From Candidatus Poseidonia alphae (GTDB lineage: Archaea; Thermoplasmatota; Poseidoniia; Poseidoniales; Poseidoniaceae): 64,000 nucleotides of DNA. Position 1 is the stretch's first letter. Each line of letters begins with the position of its first letter. Below, in pieces: positions 48,287 to 57,839 of the stretch. The stretch is from the NCBI GenBank assembly GCA_002505405.1, contig DAVD01000037.1, forward strand, positions 82,880-146,879, given 5' to 3'. Made by a program: the position numbers and the translations under genes. The notes under the pieces were generated by a model, which saw nothing but the letters and a program-made list of their open reading frames with translations, searched no databases and had not been told where the DNA came from.

Positions 48287-49180
48287 TCACTCTTCAGGCC
48301 CATCGTTTTGAGAGGATAAAAACGCGGTCTCGATGATTTCAGCATCCTTGTAGCGGATGCCGTACCATGATTTTATTCGTTCAATTGTTGGTTTTTGTTG
48401 GCTTGGGACGACGATGACAAGTGCAGGCCCTGAACCGGTCACTCCAGCAGCCCGGGCGCTGTTGACAAAGGAATCATTGGTCATTTTACGGCCTTCAGTA
48501 TCGCCAAGAACAGCAACCATTCCACGCCCATTCCAAGTTAATGCGACCAATTCTTGGTTGTTTTGGAGTGCTGAGAGGGCCTGTTGAAATGCAGCTGTAT
48601 GGGGGACGAAGTCTTCGAAAGTCGGACGGTGTTTTCTTGCACCTCTCAAGACGAGGATAATGGTCCAATCAGATGGATTTGGACCGCTTCCTTCCAACAA
48701 TATTCCGGATTGAACCTCAGCCTGGGGGTCGATGAGTTTCCAGCCTTTTGTGGCGCATGCCCAAGCGTCGTCAAGCGAGCCGGTCATCGAAACACCTGCG
48801 GCGATCTGAGCATGGCCGGAGAGTTCGACAGCCAATTCATCGCTGACCTCTATTTCGGTTGCCTCCCCCAGAGCACGGAAAGCTGCAACGCACAGTGCTG
48901 AAGATGACTTCAATCCTTGCTGTGGTGGGATCTTTGAATTGACTCCCCAATGCAATTGTTCACTCGTGAAGCCTTTGGGAAGTGCAAGGCCCGCATCCAT
49001 CCAAACTTGGAGTATTGAGGCGAAGAGATTGTCATGGTCGTGAACATCACGCTTGCTTTTTTTATCCAGCAAGCGAACGGTCATCGGGAGGTCCAAAGCG
49101 ATACTTGCTCCGTAACCAAGAGCGGCAGCATGGAGAAGACTACAAGCACCATGTGCCGTTCCCTTCCCCAAAACTCCCAT
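48287..49180 (-). CDS. Archaeal GHMP-type shikimate kinase
   Basis: GHMP motif-like KIPPQQGLKSSSALCVAAF. Length and operon position between DHQ synthase II and aroC fit this call. Confidence 0.7.
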   Translation of the reverse strand: MGVLGKGTAHGACSLLHAAALGYGASIALDLPMTVRLLDKKSKRDVHDHDNLFASILQVWMDAGLALPKGFTSEQLHWGVNSKIPPQQGLKSSSALCVAAFRALGEATEIEVSDELAVELSGHAQIAAGVSMTGSLDDAWACATKGWKLIDPQAEVQSGILLEGSGPNPSDWTIILVLRGARKHRPTFEDFVPHTAAFQQALSALQNNQELVALTWNGRGMVAVLGDTEGRKMTNDSFVNSARAAGVTGSGPALVIVVPSQQKPTIERIKSWYGIRYKDAEIIETAFLSSQNDGPEE

Positions 49181-49183
49181 TTT

Positions 49184-50218
49184 TTATCTCTCCTCGACAC
49201 TGCTCTCTATTGCGGTGCCAACATGACGCCCCTTTCTCCCAAGCCAACCGATGACGATGGTATGTCGTGGTAACTCAGTTACAGAGTGGCGAGTTTTGTT
49301 TTGGCCGACCAAGCGAACCGTTTCTGCTTGTTGCATAAATACATGGCCTTCATTAGGCTTTTGCATGTTATGATTCATCCGATGGAAGTTAATTTTCAGC
49401 ATCGGCCGTTGTTCAATTTTGATTCGGCCCAATGTTGCCGACCGACTTCCACCGGTTTCGCTTAGAATCAAAACCTCGTCTCCACTGCTCAATTCGCTCA
49501 TGTATTTCGTATTCCCGTCAGCCATCAATATGTACGAATGTGGCGCTCCAGCATTGACTCGGAAAGGACGGGTTGGGACAAATGAAGAAGGGATTGTTTC
49601 GCTGTGAATCAGGAGCATTTGAGATGAACTTGAACCAACAAGGACGCCCTCTCCAACATGAAGTAATGATGTGAAATCAAGGCAATAGCGGTCACCAATA
49701 CCCCCATCTTCAACACTCTGTATGGAAAAGAATTCCAATTCCATAGGTTCTGGCTTCCTTCGTTCGTGGTGAACGGCATTGGATTCCACTTCAAGTCGTT
49801 GTGATTTCGTGACCAGGGCGGCTTCAATCAGTTCCTGTGAGTTTGCGACCAGCAAAGCGTCTACGCCTTGTTCTAGCGCAAAGCCGGCTCCTTGAGCCTG
49901 CTGCGGTGTTGTAATTATTGCTGCGATTTTGGTCGCCGAGCCTTGGCGTGCAGCAATGAGGTTCTCAAGTGGAATCATCGACCACGTTTCGCATTCAATG
50001 AGCAACCAGTCAGCACTTCCAATGGCCGCCTTCGATCGGTTTTGTGATGTTTCATCGGCAACAACAAAGTATCCGCCCAGGACAGAGGACGGGCCATGTA
50101 TCAAGGCTCCATCAACTGAAAATTCGTTATCTTTCGTGGGTTTTTCAACCCACAATCGGTCGATTCCTTCCGCTATGACGGGAAGTTCACCGTTGCGCAC
50201 ATCAACCCAGATTTCCAT
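49184..50218 (-). CDS. aroB': 3-dehydroquinate synthase II (archaeal type)
   Basis: MEIWVDV...; the size (344 aa) and adjacency to the DhnA-type aldolase are characteristic of the ADH pathway pair. Confidence 0.7.
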   Translation of the reverse strand: MEIWVDVRNGELPVIAEGIDRLWVEKPTKDNEFSVDGALIHGPSSVLGGYFVVADETSQNRSKAAIGSADWLLIECETWSMIPLENLIAARQGSATKIAAIITTPQQAQGAGFALEQGVDALLVANSQELIEAALVTKSQRLEVESNAVHHERRKPEPMELEFFSIQSVEDGGIGDRYCLDFTSLLHVGEGVLVGSSSSQMLLIHSETIPSSFVPTRPFRVNAGAPHSYILMADGNTKYMSELSSGDEVLILSETGGSRSATLGRIKIEQRPMLKINFHRMNHNMQKPNEGHVFMQQAETVRLVGQNKTRHSVTELPRHTIVIGWLGRKGRHVGTAIESSVEER

Positions 50219-50227
50219 AAACTCATC

Positions 50228-51025
50228 TCACAAGCCGTTTGAACTCAATGCATGCTCAACATCAGCATTTTCATGCACGATCATCATGAGTGCTCGCGCT
50301 AAGTCTTCTCGTTGTGGATGTGCGAACACTTGACGTCCCATGCAAACCCCTGATGCACCAGCATCCATGGCTTCATGGACCATGGTGATAATCGCCCGAG
50401 CATTACCGGTTGAGGGCCCTCCTGCGACGAGAACCGGAATTGGTGCAGCGGAAGAAACCACAGAAAAGCTTTCTTGATCACCGGTCCAAACCGATTTTGC
50501 AGCATCGCACCCCATCTCAAAAGCCAGTCTTACACCATGTGCTTGTCCGCCCGTCGGGTCGTTTTCCATCACATTAAGATGCTCTCCACGAGCATAGATC
50601 ATTCCAAAAGATGGCAACTGTTCATGATGCGCCTGACGATTGAGTTCTCCCATTCGTTCAATCATAGCCGCTTCGTGGTGGCTACCTAAATTGACTTGGC
50701 TTGAAACGGCCAGGCCACCTCTGCCGATGGTTTCGTCGGCGTGGCCAACGATGACTTTGTTATCGCTATCTGGGCCACCGTGGCGTGTTGATACTGAATA
50801 GTGCACAACCATTGAAGTCATCGTTCCTTCGCACAGGTGAGCGTATTTGCTCACCACTCCTTTTTGAGCTACAATGGCATTGACGCCTGCTTTTACCAGC
50901 GAGATGATGGTGGCCTCGAGGTCTTGTAAGCCCTCTGTTGGATAATCGGAGGCGCCGTGGTCGATTGGAATCCAAACACCTCGGCCACCGGGCAGGAGTG
51001 CGTCAAGTCGCGTCGCCTTGTCCAT
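50228..51025 (-). CDS. aroA': 2-amino-3,7-dideoxy-D-threo-hept-6-ulosonate synthase (class I aldolase, DhnA family)
   Basis: 265-aa DhnA/FbaB-like protein (IPIDHG, VHYSVST, CDAAKSVWTG, VLVAGGP), adjacent to DHQ synthase II. Confidence 0.7.
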   Translation of the reverse strand: MDKATRLDALLPGGRGVWIPIDHGASDYPTEGLQDLEATIISLVKAGVNAIVAQKGVVSKYAHLCEGTMTSMVVHYSVSTRHGGPDSDNKVIVGHADETIGRGGLAVSSQVNLGSHHEAAMIERMGELNRQAHHEQLPSFGMIYARGEHLNVMENDPTGGQAHGVRLAFEMGCDAAKSVWTGDQESFSVVSSAAPIPVLVAGGPSTGNARAIITMVHEAMDAGASGVCMGRQVFAHPQREDLARALMMIVHENADVEHALSSNGL

Positions 51026-51071
51026 GGTGTGTCGAAGCGCCCCTCATCATCAAAGGTTTGTATGTGGGAGT

Positions 51072-51707
51072 TCATTCGACCTGGTCGCTAAACCACTGCA
51101 AAATGGCTTGTTCGGCACCTTGCAGATGTTCTTGGTAGGTCGAGCGGGCGATGTCCATGTACTCAGCTAGTCCCTGAATGGTGACCAGTTTTGGCTCTTT
51201 GTAATAGCCGTGTTTTGAAGCAAGTGCGAAACAATCGTTTTGTCTCGGGGTGAGAATGGCTGTAATTTCATCAGTGTTGCTCCGCACGTTATGAACTCGC
51301 ACTTCATCTGGCTCCAACACTACCTTGCACAACTTGACAAATGTTGAAATCGATTCCGGGAGGCCGCGAATGTTAACGGTGATTGCACCATCATCAAATT
51401 CGTATGGAGGTAGAATGTGAATGTTCTCGGTGTTGGATGCAAGGCAAACCAAAGGATGCCTGTTCCAAATCACGACAGCGTCGCTTTCCCGTTCGTTCAA
51501 TTTTTGCTCTACAGAAATAAAACCAAGGCCGTCAAGGTCTTTGACGGTCTTTCCTTCTTGATATATGGGGAGTACTATTTGTTTGACACCCGAAGGTTCA
51601 ACGGCCAAATGGCCCATAACTTTCAGATTTGACACAATTTCGCCAAGTTCTCTAAATTCAGTTGTAGCAAGAGTCGTTTTGGACCAACTTAACGATACCT
51701 CTCGCAT
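51072..51707 (-). CDS. HTH_10 (Bat-type) DNA-binding transcriptional regulator
   Basis: C-terminal LTPRQNDCFALASKHGYYKEPKLVTIQGLAEYMDIARSTYQEHLQGAEQAIL is the bacterio-opsin-activator-type HTH. Confidence 0.75.
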   Translation of the reverse strand: MREVSLSWSKTTLATTEFRELGEIVSNLKVMGHLAVEPSGVKQIVLPIYQEGKTVKDLDGLGFISVEQKLNERESDAVVIWNRHPLVCLASNTENIHILPPYEFDDGAITVNIRGLPESISTFVKLCKVVLEPDEVRVHNVRSNTDEITAILTPRQNDCFALASKHGYYKEPKLVTIQGLAEYMDIARSTYQEHLQGAEQAILQWFSDQVE

Positions 51708-51818
51708 ATCATAACGGTAGGGTCTTGCCTTCTTATGTCTTCATGCAATATTTCTGGCAAATTATACTCATTCTTGTACATCGTATGTTTCAAGTGGTGA
51801 CTGCACATGGAGTAAGGT

Positions 51819-53000
51819 ATGCAGCCGACCGATTACCTCCTTACATTTGCGTTGGGCGGGGCTTTTGTGATGGGCCTCTTCTTCATTGTAATGCGAAGGG
51901 AAGCGCAGGTCAATGTCCAAAGCGGCATGAGTGCAGAAGGACTTATGAAGCAACATTCGGGCATGGGATTTGGTAAAGCGAAGAAAAATTTAGACCGCAA
52001 GTTAGCCGCAGTACAAGATATCCTGCGCCGTCAAAATCATTCGGACCTCGGTTCGGCAGAAGAGCGGTTTGCAAAACGTCGTGAAGAGGAGCTAATCGCA
52101 GAAGAAGAAGCTCGTCGCCGTCGCGAACTCGAAGATGCAAAGCGCGAAGATGATGAGGAAGACGAACGCCAGCGTCGAGAATTAGAAATGGAGCAAAAAG
52201 CAGCACAAAGGGCCGCAGAAGAAGATCGCCTTGCAGCTGAGCGCGAATCAGCACGGCAACTGGAACTTGCTAGCTCAGAATCTGACCGCTTGAAAGAGAT
52301 AGAAGCTGCCCGTGAACAAGAGGCGCTGGAATCCCGTGAAGCAGCACAGCGAGCCATGTCTGAATTGCAAGCACGTTTGGAACGTGAGGGTGCTCAATCA
52401 TCCGATGTTCAAGTTTCGTTAATGTGGAACAATTACAACGATTTGGATCTGCACGTCGTTTGTCCTTCTGGTGAGCGTATCCACGGTGGAAACAAGAATT
52501 CGGACTGTGGCGGTGAACTGGATGTGGATGCTAACGTCCGTGCAGAAACTCGCAAACCCGTTGAGAACGTGTTCTGGGAAGAAGGAAGCGCTCCTGCAGG
52601 CAAGTACCAAGTCTATGTACACTATTACAAGAAGCATAACAAGCGTCGTAGCAAGGACCCAACGAAATTCCAACTCATTGTCAATGCGGGCAACGACTTG
52701 CTTGAGTTCAGTGGAGAACTTTCTGCCGGCGACCCAATCATGATGGTTACTGAATTTGTCCTTCCATCTCCAGAAGAGCGAGAAGAACGCCGCCGTGATC
52801 TTGAGAAGCAAATACAGGATGCAAAAGGAGGCTCAACTGCCGACAAGGCCCCTCACGACGAGGAGAAACTCCCTGAAGAGGCTGAAGAAAAAGGTTCGAC
52901 TGCCGTTGAAGGAGAGTCTAAGGATGGTTCATCCTCCCAAGAACTACCTGGTGCTCCAGACCTTGATTTGCTCATGGGCGATGATGATTCTGAGGATTAA
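51819..53000 (+). CDS. N-terminally anchored coiled-coil protein with DUF2135-like beta domain and acidic tail
   Basis: TM helix LLTFALGGAFVMGLFFIVM, then ~140 aa of E/R/A-rich predicted coiled coil, then VSLMWNNYNDLDLHVVCPSGERI...GGELDVDAN...PAGKYQVYVHYY. Confidence 0.7.
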   Translation: MQPTDYLLTFALGGAFVMGLFFIVMRREAQVNVQSGMSAEGLMKQHSGMGFGKAKKNLDRKLAAVQDILRRQNHSDLGSAEERFAKRREEELIAEEEARRRRELEDAKREDDEEDERQRRELEMEQKAAQRAAEEDRLAAERESARQLELASSESDRLKEIEAAREQEALESREAAQRAMSELQARLEREGAQSSDVQVSLMWNNYNDLDLHVVCPSGERIHGGNKNSDCGGELDVDANVRAETRKPVENVFWEEGSAPAGKYQVYVHYYKKHNKRRSKDPTKFQLIVNAGNDLLEFSGELSAGDPIMMVTEFVLPSPEEREERRRDLEKQIQDAKGGSTADKAPHDEEKLPEEAEEKGSTAVEGESKDGSSSQELPGAPDLDLLMGDDDSED

Positions 53001-53003
53001 TCC

Positions 53004-54116
53004 TCAAGAAATAATATCGTCCAGTGTTTCTGAATCGATTCCGTTACGAATCGAACGAGCAATGCGACGCCCCGTGGACATGAACCGCTCATTGATGTCT
53101 GAATAAGGCGAACCACCTACAAAGGGATTTGAGCCGGCGACAATACGAGCGCTGATTTCAAAGACCTTGAATTCGAGTTGGTCAGTAACGATCGTCTCAA
53201 GACAAAATGGCCCGAGCATACCTCGTGATCCTTCTTCAAGATTGAACGATGCTGCAACAGTGCCTTCAGCCATTTCAAAAGCCCGTGGTAACAACGACTC
53301 ACGAATGACAACGGGTTGGTTTCCAGTTACGACAAAAGATGGTTCAAGGTCCATTTCTCTCAAATCTCGCAAGCTTCCAAGTTTGTAAAATTCATCAACA
53401 TTGCTTTCGTCTCTTCGGTCCATTGAGAGCAATTCAAGCCGACCAAGGTTCTTGCCTGCATGTTGGCCACGGCCTTGGACTTGATAGCCGTCGGTTGCCG
53501 TGGGGTCAAAGAAGAAATGGAGGTAATATCTGCACCCCAGCACGTATTCTTGGATGGTGAATTCTTCTTCAATATCGACGTTCCTTCTGAAATCTCGGTA
53601 GTCGCGGGCGATAAAATATCCACGACCTCCCTTTGCCCCAGCATACTTGACAATGACTGGGCCGGCGATGTTGTGAGGGTCTTCAATGACCTTGGGCATG
53701 GTACATCCGCCTTTTTCAAGCCACTCGCGTTGGAGCGCTCTGCTGCTTTCCCAGTGCAGGATGTTACGGTTTCCAAATGTTGGGACTTCAAGGTTTCTAA
53801 AATTCGTCGCACCAAGGTATTCAACGAGAGAACCATGAGGTATGATGATGACATTCTTTGAGCGAAACCACTCTGCGTGGTCAAGCATTTCTCGGTAGTC
53901 ATCGAGCATGAGCCATTCGTCGGGTTCAGCCCCTGGGAAGGCTTTGTAAAATCGCCGACGGTTTTCACCAACAGCGATTCCAAGTGTTCGAAACCCTTCT
54001 TGGCGGGCTCCGTGCAGGATTTGAAGGGATGAGTGTGAGGCGACCACGCCGATGGTAATCTGGCTGGAATCATAGCCTGCGAGCCAACTTTGAACAGTCT
54101 CGTAATCTACGCCCAT
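53004..54116 (-). CDS. purP: FAICAR synthetase (formate-dependent, archaeal PurP)
   Basis: IGVVASHSSLQILHGARQEGFRTLGI and an ATP-grasp-like remainder; 370 aa. Confidence 0.8.
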   Translation of the reverse strand: MGVDYETVQSWLAGYDSSQITIGVVASHSSLQILHGARQEGFRTLGIAVGENRRRFYKAFPGAEPDEWLMLDDYREMLDHAEWFRSKNVIIIPHGSLVEYLGATNFRNLEVPTFGNRNILHWESSRALQREWLEKGGCTMPKVIEDPHNIAGPVIVKYAGAKGGRGYFIARDYRDFRRNVDIEEEFTIQEYVLGCRYYLHFFFDPTATDGYQVQGRGQHAGKNLGRLELLSMDRRDESNVDEFYKLGSLRDLREMDLEPSFVVTGNQPVVIRESLLPRAFEMAEGTVAASFNLEEGSRGMLGPFCLETIVTDQLEFKVFEISARIVAGSNPFVGGSPYSDINERFMSTGRRIARSIRNGIDSETLDDIIS

Positions 54117-54249
54117 GCCGAGGGGTTTCGTATTCGCTCTATGAGTGTTATGCTGGTTTTTTGTCTATCTGTAAATCTTGGAACAACATATCCCGTCTCC
54201 GGGACCTTGTGATGGATTCTGCTGAGCATGCATCCGAGGTGAAGGGTTC

Positions 54250-55368
54250 ATGTGGTGGATTGGGCTCCAAGGAAGCATGGGACAAGACGCACCTGCGGTT
54301 CGCATGACTTATGGAGGATACTTGCAACTCGATTCTCTTCTCGACCTCCAATCCGGTCCGGAAGGATATACTCCTGCACCATCAAACGATGAACTCCATT
54401 TTATCGTCGTCCATCAAACCTTTGAGCTGTGGTTCAAACAGATTTTGCGAGAGTTGAAGGAAGCAAGAGACCTCATGACATCAGAGCGTGTCCAAGAGGC
54501 TACAGTGCCCGTTATCGTCCATCATCTTGAAAGAGTTTCAGAAATATTCAGATTGCTTGCAAACCAGTGGAAAGTCATGGAAACACTCACTCCTCAAGAC
54601 TTCCTCGCATTCAGGGACCGCCTTGGTACTTCTTCAGGATTTGAATCATGGCAGATGAGGGAAATGGAAGTGCTGCTCGGACTTGAAAACGAGCAACGAA
54701 TGGGCGGCATGGACCCTCTTGCTCACATGGAAAAACTTGCTGGAGAAGGTAAAGTATCACCTTCTGCCCTCGCAGATTTCCACAACACGCATTCTCTTCC
54801 TTCGCTCAATGATGCTTTGATGTCCTGGCTCGGAAGAACGCCAATACATGGCTCCTCTCCGGATGGAAATGACGATACTGACGTGGTTCTTGATTATGTA
54901 AACAAGCATCTTGACTCCATGTCGGAACATGGAGAATCGGTCATCAAGCACATGATCTCGATCGGACACGGTGATGAAGCAACGATCCGCCCTAGGATTG
55001 AGGCTGGAGTTCATGGCGCTCGCTCTTTCCTCATCGGAGAAGAGGGTGTCATTCGTTCTCGAGCAGGTTTGTTGTTTATTGAATCTTATCGGGACCTACC
55101 TTTGCTATCGTGGCCTCGTAAACTCATTGACAGTTTCGTAGAACTTGAAGAATCCATGCTTCTCTTTAGAACCCACCACGCACGAATGGTAGAGCGAATG
55201 ATTGGGCGAAGGATGGGGACTGGTGGTTCAAGCGGTGTAGATTACCTGGACGCTACGACCAAATATCGTATCTTTGTTGACCTCTGGGCTGTCAGGACCA
55301 TGCTCGTTAAACGCGACGCACTTCCAAGTTTAGAGCATGCAGAATTTTACGGATTCTCATCCTCTTGA
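54250..55368 (+). CDS. kynA: Tryptophan 2,3-dioxygenase
   Basis: LTYGGYLQLDSLLDLQ, DELHFIVVHQTFELWFKQIL, FRDRLGTSSGFES, GTGGSSGVDYL. Start is ambiguous (54250, 54277 or 54304). Confidence 0.85.
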   Translation: MWWIGLQGSMGQDAPAVRMTYGGYLQLDSLLDLQSGPEGYTPAPSNDELHFIVVHQTFELWFKQILRELKEARDLMTSERVQEATVPVIVHHLERVSEIFRLLANQWKVMETLTPQDFLAFRDRLGTSSGFESWQMREMEVLLGLENEQRMGGMDPLAHMEKLAGEGKVSPSALADFHNTHSLPSLNDALMSWLGRTPIHGSSPDGNDDTDVVLDYVNKHLDSMSEHGESVIKHMISIGHGDEATIRPRIEAGVHGARSFLIGEEGVIRSRAGLLFIESYRDLPLLSWPRKLIDSFVELEESMLLFRTHHARMVERMIGRRMGTGGSSGVDYLDATTKYRIFVDLWAVRTMLVKRDALPSLEHAEFYGFSSS

Positions 55369-55371
55369 GCC

Positions 55372-55389
55372 CTGCTTGTTGCAAAGCAG
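55372..55389 (+). terminator. Hairpin just after the kynA stop
   Basis: CTGCTT-gttgca-AAGCAG, beginning 4 nt after the TGA at 55366-55368, between convergent genes. Confidence 0.25.
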
Positions 55390-55483
55390 CAAAAGGCACT
55401 GATCTTGCCTCAAACGTCATGACAGAGGTAACCGTTTGTTTGTCAATCGACCTTTGAACGGGGTCCAGAGGATGTGATTGAAA

Positions 55484-55735
55484 TCACTCGTGGGGGTCAA
55501 TGTCGATAGGAATCAAATGATTCTCGTATTCGTAAAGAGCAATCTTGAGCGGGTCGAGAACGAAACGAGCAGATGCTTCTTCGAGCCCGTAAAGGGAAAT
55601 CAGTTCGTCTTTGAATTCTTGGCGAAGGACTTCTTCAGTAGCGTAAAGTGGAGCGCCCATTCCAATTTGAAGGGCTCTTGCACCAATAATTCTAGCTCGT
55701 TCAAATCGTGTGTGGAGTCGTGCGGGCTTGACCAT
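55484..55735 (-). CDS. rpoK: DNA-directed RNA polymerase subunit K (Rpb6 homologue)
   Basis: Start refined to [30 protein letters not shown], which removes the overlap with the upstream gene. Confidence 0.8.
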   Translation of the reverse strand: MVKPARLHTRFERARIIGARALQIGMGAPLYATEEVLRQEFKDELISLYGLEEASARFVLDPLKIALYEYENHLIPIDIDPHE

Positions 55736-55811
55736 TTTTGTACACCTGCGAGCAAAGTCGCAAACCGCCGACAGGCCGACTCTTCTTGAACCTACCTCTG
55801 CCGTTGGACGT

Positions 55812-56729
55812 TCATTCGCTCTCAAAAAACTGTTTAAGAGGTGACTTATTCATCAAGCGGCGGTGCATAAAGAGGGCAGGGAGAAGCATGATGGCGAGCC
55901 CAGCTGCAGCGGCTACAGCCAACCATGCAGGATTCCAACGTTGGCCCTCCGAACCAACATCGGTGATTGCACCATCGATTTCCACACGGCCCGTTGGAGC
56001 GTCGGAAGATACGGTCAAATTCCGAACTCCAGGCCGTTCAAGCATTACGGCGAATGAACCGTTTCTTGTGGTTTCAAATTGGCTTAAATTATACGATAAT
56101 GTGGACGAATTAAGTTCCCATGACTCCCGAGCAAGATGAGGGTGAATTCGGTTTTCCGATGTGTGTGGGGTTGGTTCGATATACCATATGCGGAGTACAT
56201 CTCCCGCTGAGGCATTCCAATCAATGGTCCCATTTCCAACTGTCATCGATTCCAAGCCCGACCAATTCGTTGTGGAATTCTCCAATGTGGAGTTAAGGTC
56301 CATGGCTTGACGCGTTCCAGTCAGCAAATGTTTCCCGTTGACAACTAGAGAGGGATAGAGCAACAAGCGATATTCTTGGTCAAATCGTAGTTTTGATTCA
56401 GATAAGAAGGTCAGGTCTTTATTGGATGGGTGATGTTGGATGATGAGAGCCTCTGTTTCATTGAGGGCATTCACTTGCTGCGAAACTTGTTCACACGGTT
56501 CGCACCAGTCTGCACTGAAGTATTCCAGAAGGTGTGCGGGTTGATGAAGGTCACATGAGGAGTTGGTCAAACAATCAGCGGAGAATACCCGGATGTCAAG
56601 AAGAGCACCAGGCAGGTCCACATCAGTTTCATCCTGAAATCCATGGGCTGGAGTCACAGGTAAAATCATCAGGGTCGCAAGCAGAAATGGGAGAGAAAAC
56701 CGCCAACGCATGCATGGGGGTGGAGGCAT
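55812..56729 (-). CDS. Secreted thioredoxin-domain protein with C-terminal TM anchor
   Basis: Signal peptide [24 protein letters not shown] (possibly starting at 56711), [13 protein letters not shown] (CxxC), and a C-terminal helix [19 protein letters not shown]. Confidence 0.7.
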   Translation of the reverse strand: MPPPPCMRWRFSLPFLLATLMILPVTPAHGFQDETDVDLPGALLDIRVFSADCLTNSSCDLHQPAHLLEYFSADWCEPCEQVSQQVNALNETEALIIQHHPSNKDLTFLSESKLRFDQEYRLLLYPSLVVNGKHLLTGTRQAMDLNSTLENSTTNWSGLESMTVGNGTIDWNASAGDVLRIWYIEPTPHTSENRIHPHLARESWELNSSTLSYNLSQFETTRNGSFAVMLERPGVRNLTVSSDAPTGRVEIDGAITDVGSEGQRWNPAWLAVAAAAGLAIMLLPALFMHRRLMNKSPLKQFFESE

Positions 56730-56762
56730 TTGTTCAAAAGGGGTCTGCTACCACACCCAACC

Positions 56763-57839
56763 ATGGAACTGCCTTGGTGGCGTCGCCCGTCCACCCTGCC
56801 GTTGATGTTGTTCATCATGGCGCTCCTCATTATTGTGGTAGGGGGAAGCATACGCATCAATGATGCTGGCGAATCCTGTCCAGAATGGCCAACCTGCTTT
56901 GGCTCATGGCATTTTGATATTTCTGAAGCAGAGCAATCGGCCTATTGGGATGCGAATCCAGATCAAATTGATTCCCGTGGCGAAGACCATCGTTATACGA
57001 CCTTCCAAATCTTTGTGGAATGGTTCCATCGTTTGCTGGTTGGAATTATTGCAATCCCGATCATACTCAATGCATTCCTTGCAAAAAAGCGAGTCGCAGA
57101 GTACGGTGAATCGGTTCACAAAGTCTCTTGGTTTTCGCTGGTATTGTTAGCAGTACAGGCTACTGCGGGCTATGTTACCGTTCGGTTTGATAATGCAGAT
57201 TGGACCGTTGCCCTGCATCTTTCGCTTGCAAGCATCTTTGCCGCTGGATTGCTCTGGCAGTTCATGTCGATGAAAATCACTGAAGGTGCATCTTGGAACT
57301 TCTTGAAATCACCAAAAACATATACGGAGAAGCACTTCAAACGGATGAGTACAATGGCGGGAGCAGTGGGTGTTCTTCTTGTACTCGGCGCCTGGGTTTC
57401 TTCTTCTGCGGGAGGAAACTACAATCAAAGTTGCTCGGTTGGTTTACCTAACGGATGGCCGAAATGCCAAGGCTCATTCCTTCCCTCACTGAATGAACCC
57501 GGCATCTTCATCCAAATGATTCACCGCACAGGAGCCGTCGTAGTTGGTTTAATTCTCATTTTGGGCGTTTCAAATCTCCGTGTTTCGGGCCAGGGACTCG
57601 CTGGAGCCAATGATCTAACTCGGTTTGGAGAAATCACTGCCGGCATATGGATGCTGAATGTCATGGTCGGTGGTTCTTACATCGTTTTCGCCAAAATTGG
57701 TGACTTTCCTGAATGGCTCTCATTGCTGCACCTGGTGGTCGGAGTTGCCGCCTTCCTCTCCGCCATGTTGGCCGTATTTGCATTCCGCTTCGCACATTCA
57801 ACGGTTCATGACCATGAAATTGGAGTTGAACAGGAATGA
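56763..57839 (+). CDS. ctaA: Heme A synthase (COX15/CtaA)
   Basis: ATG at 56763 (the track start is TTG). GGSIRINDAGESCPEWPTCFGSW, conserved His-containing helices (WFHRLL, MIHRTGA). Confidence 0.85.
   Translation: MELPWWRRPSTLPLMLFIMALLIIVVGGSIRINDAGESCPEWPTCFGSWHFDISEAEQSAYWDANPDQIDSRGEDHRYTTFQIFVEWFHRLLVGIIAIPIILNAFLAKKRVAEYGESVHKVSWFSLVLLAVQATAGYVTVRFDNADWTVALHLSLASIFAAGLLWQFMSMKITEGASWNFLKSPKTYTEKHFKRMSTMAGAVGVLLVLGAWVSSSAGGNYNQSCSVGLPNGWPKCQGSFLPSLNEPGIFIQMIHRTGAVVVGLILILGVSNLRVSGQGLAGANDLTRFGEITAGIWMLNVMVGGSYIVFAKIGDFPEWLSLLHLVVGVAAFLSAMLAVFAFRFAHSTVHDHEIGVEQE

Noticed and set aside
52037-52357. Ser/Arg-rich 106-aa minus-strand ORF.
   Set aside because: It is antisense to the Glu/Arg/Ala coiled-coil segment of 51819-53000, a low-complexity shadow.
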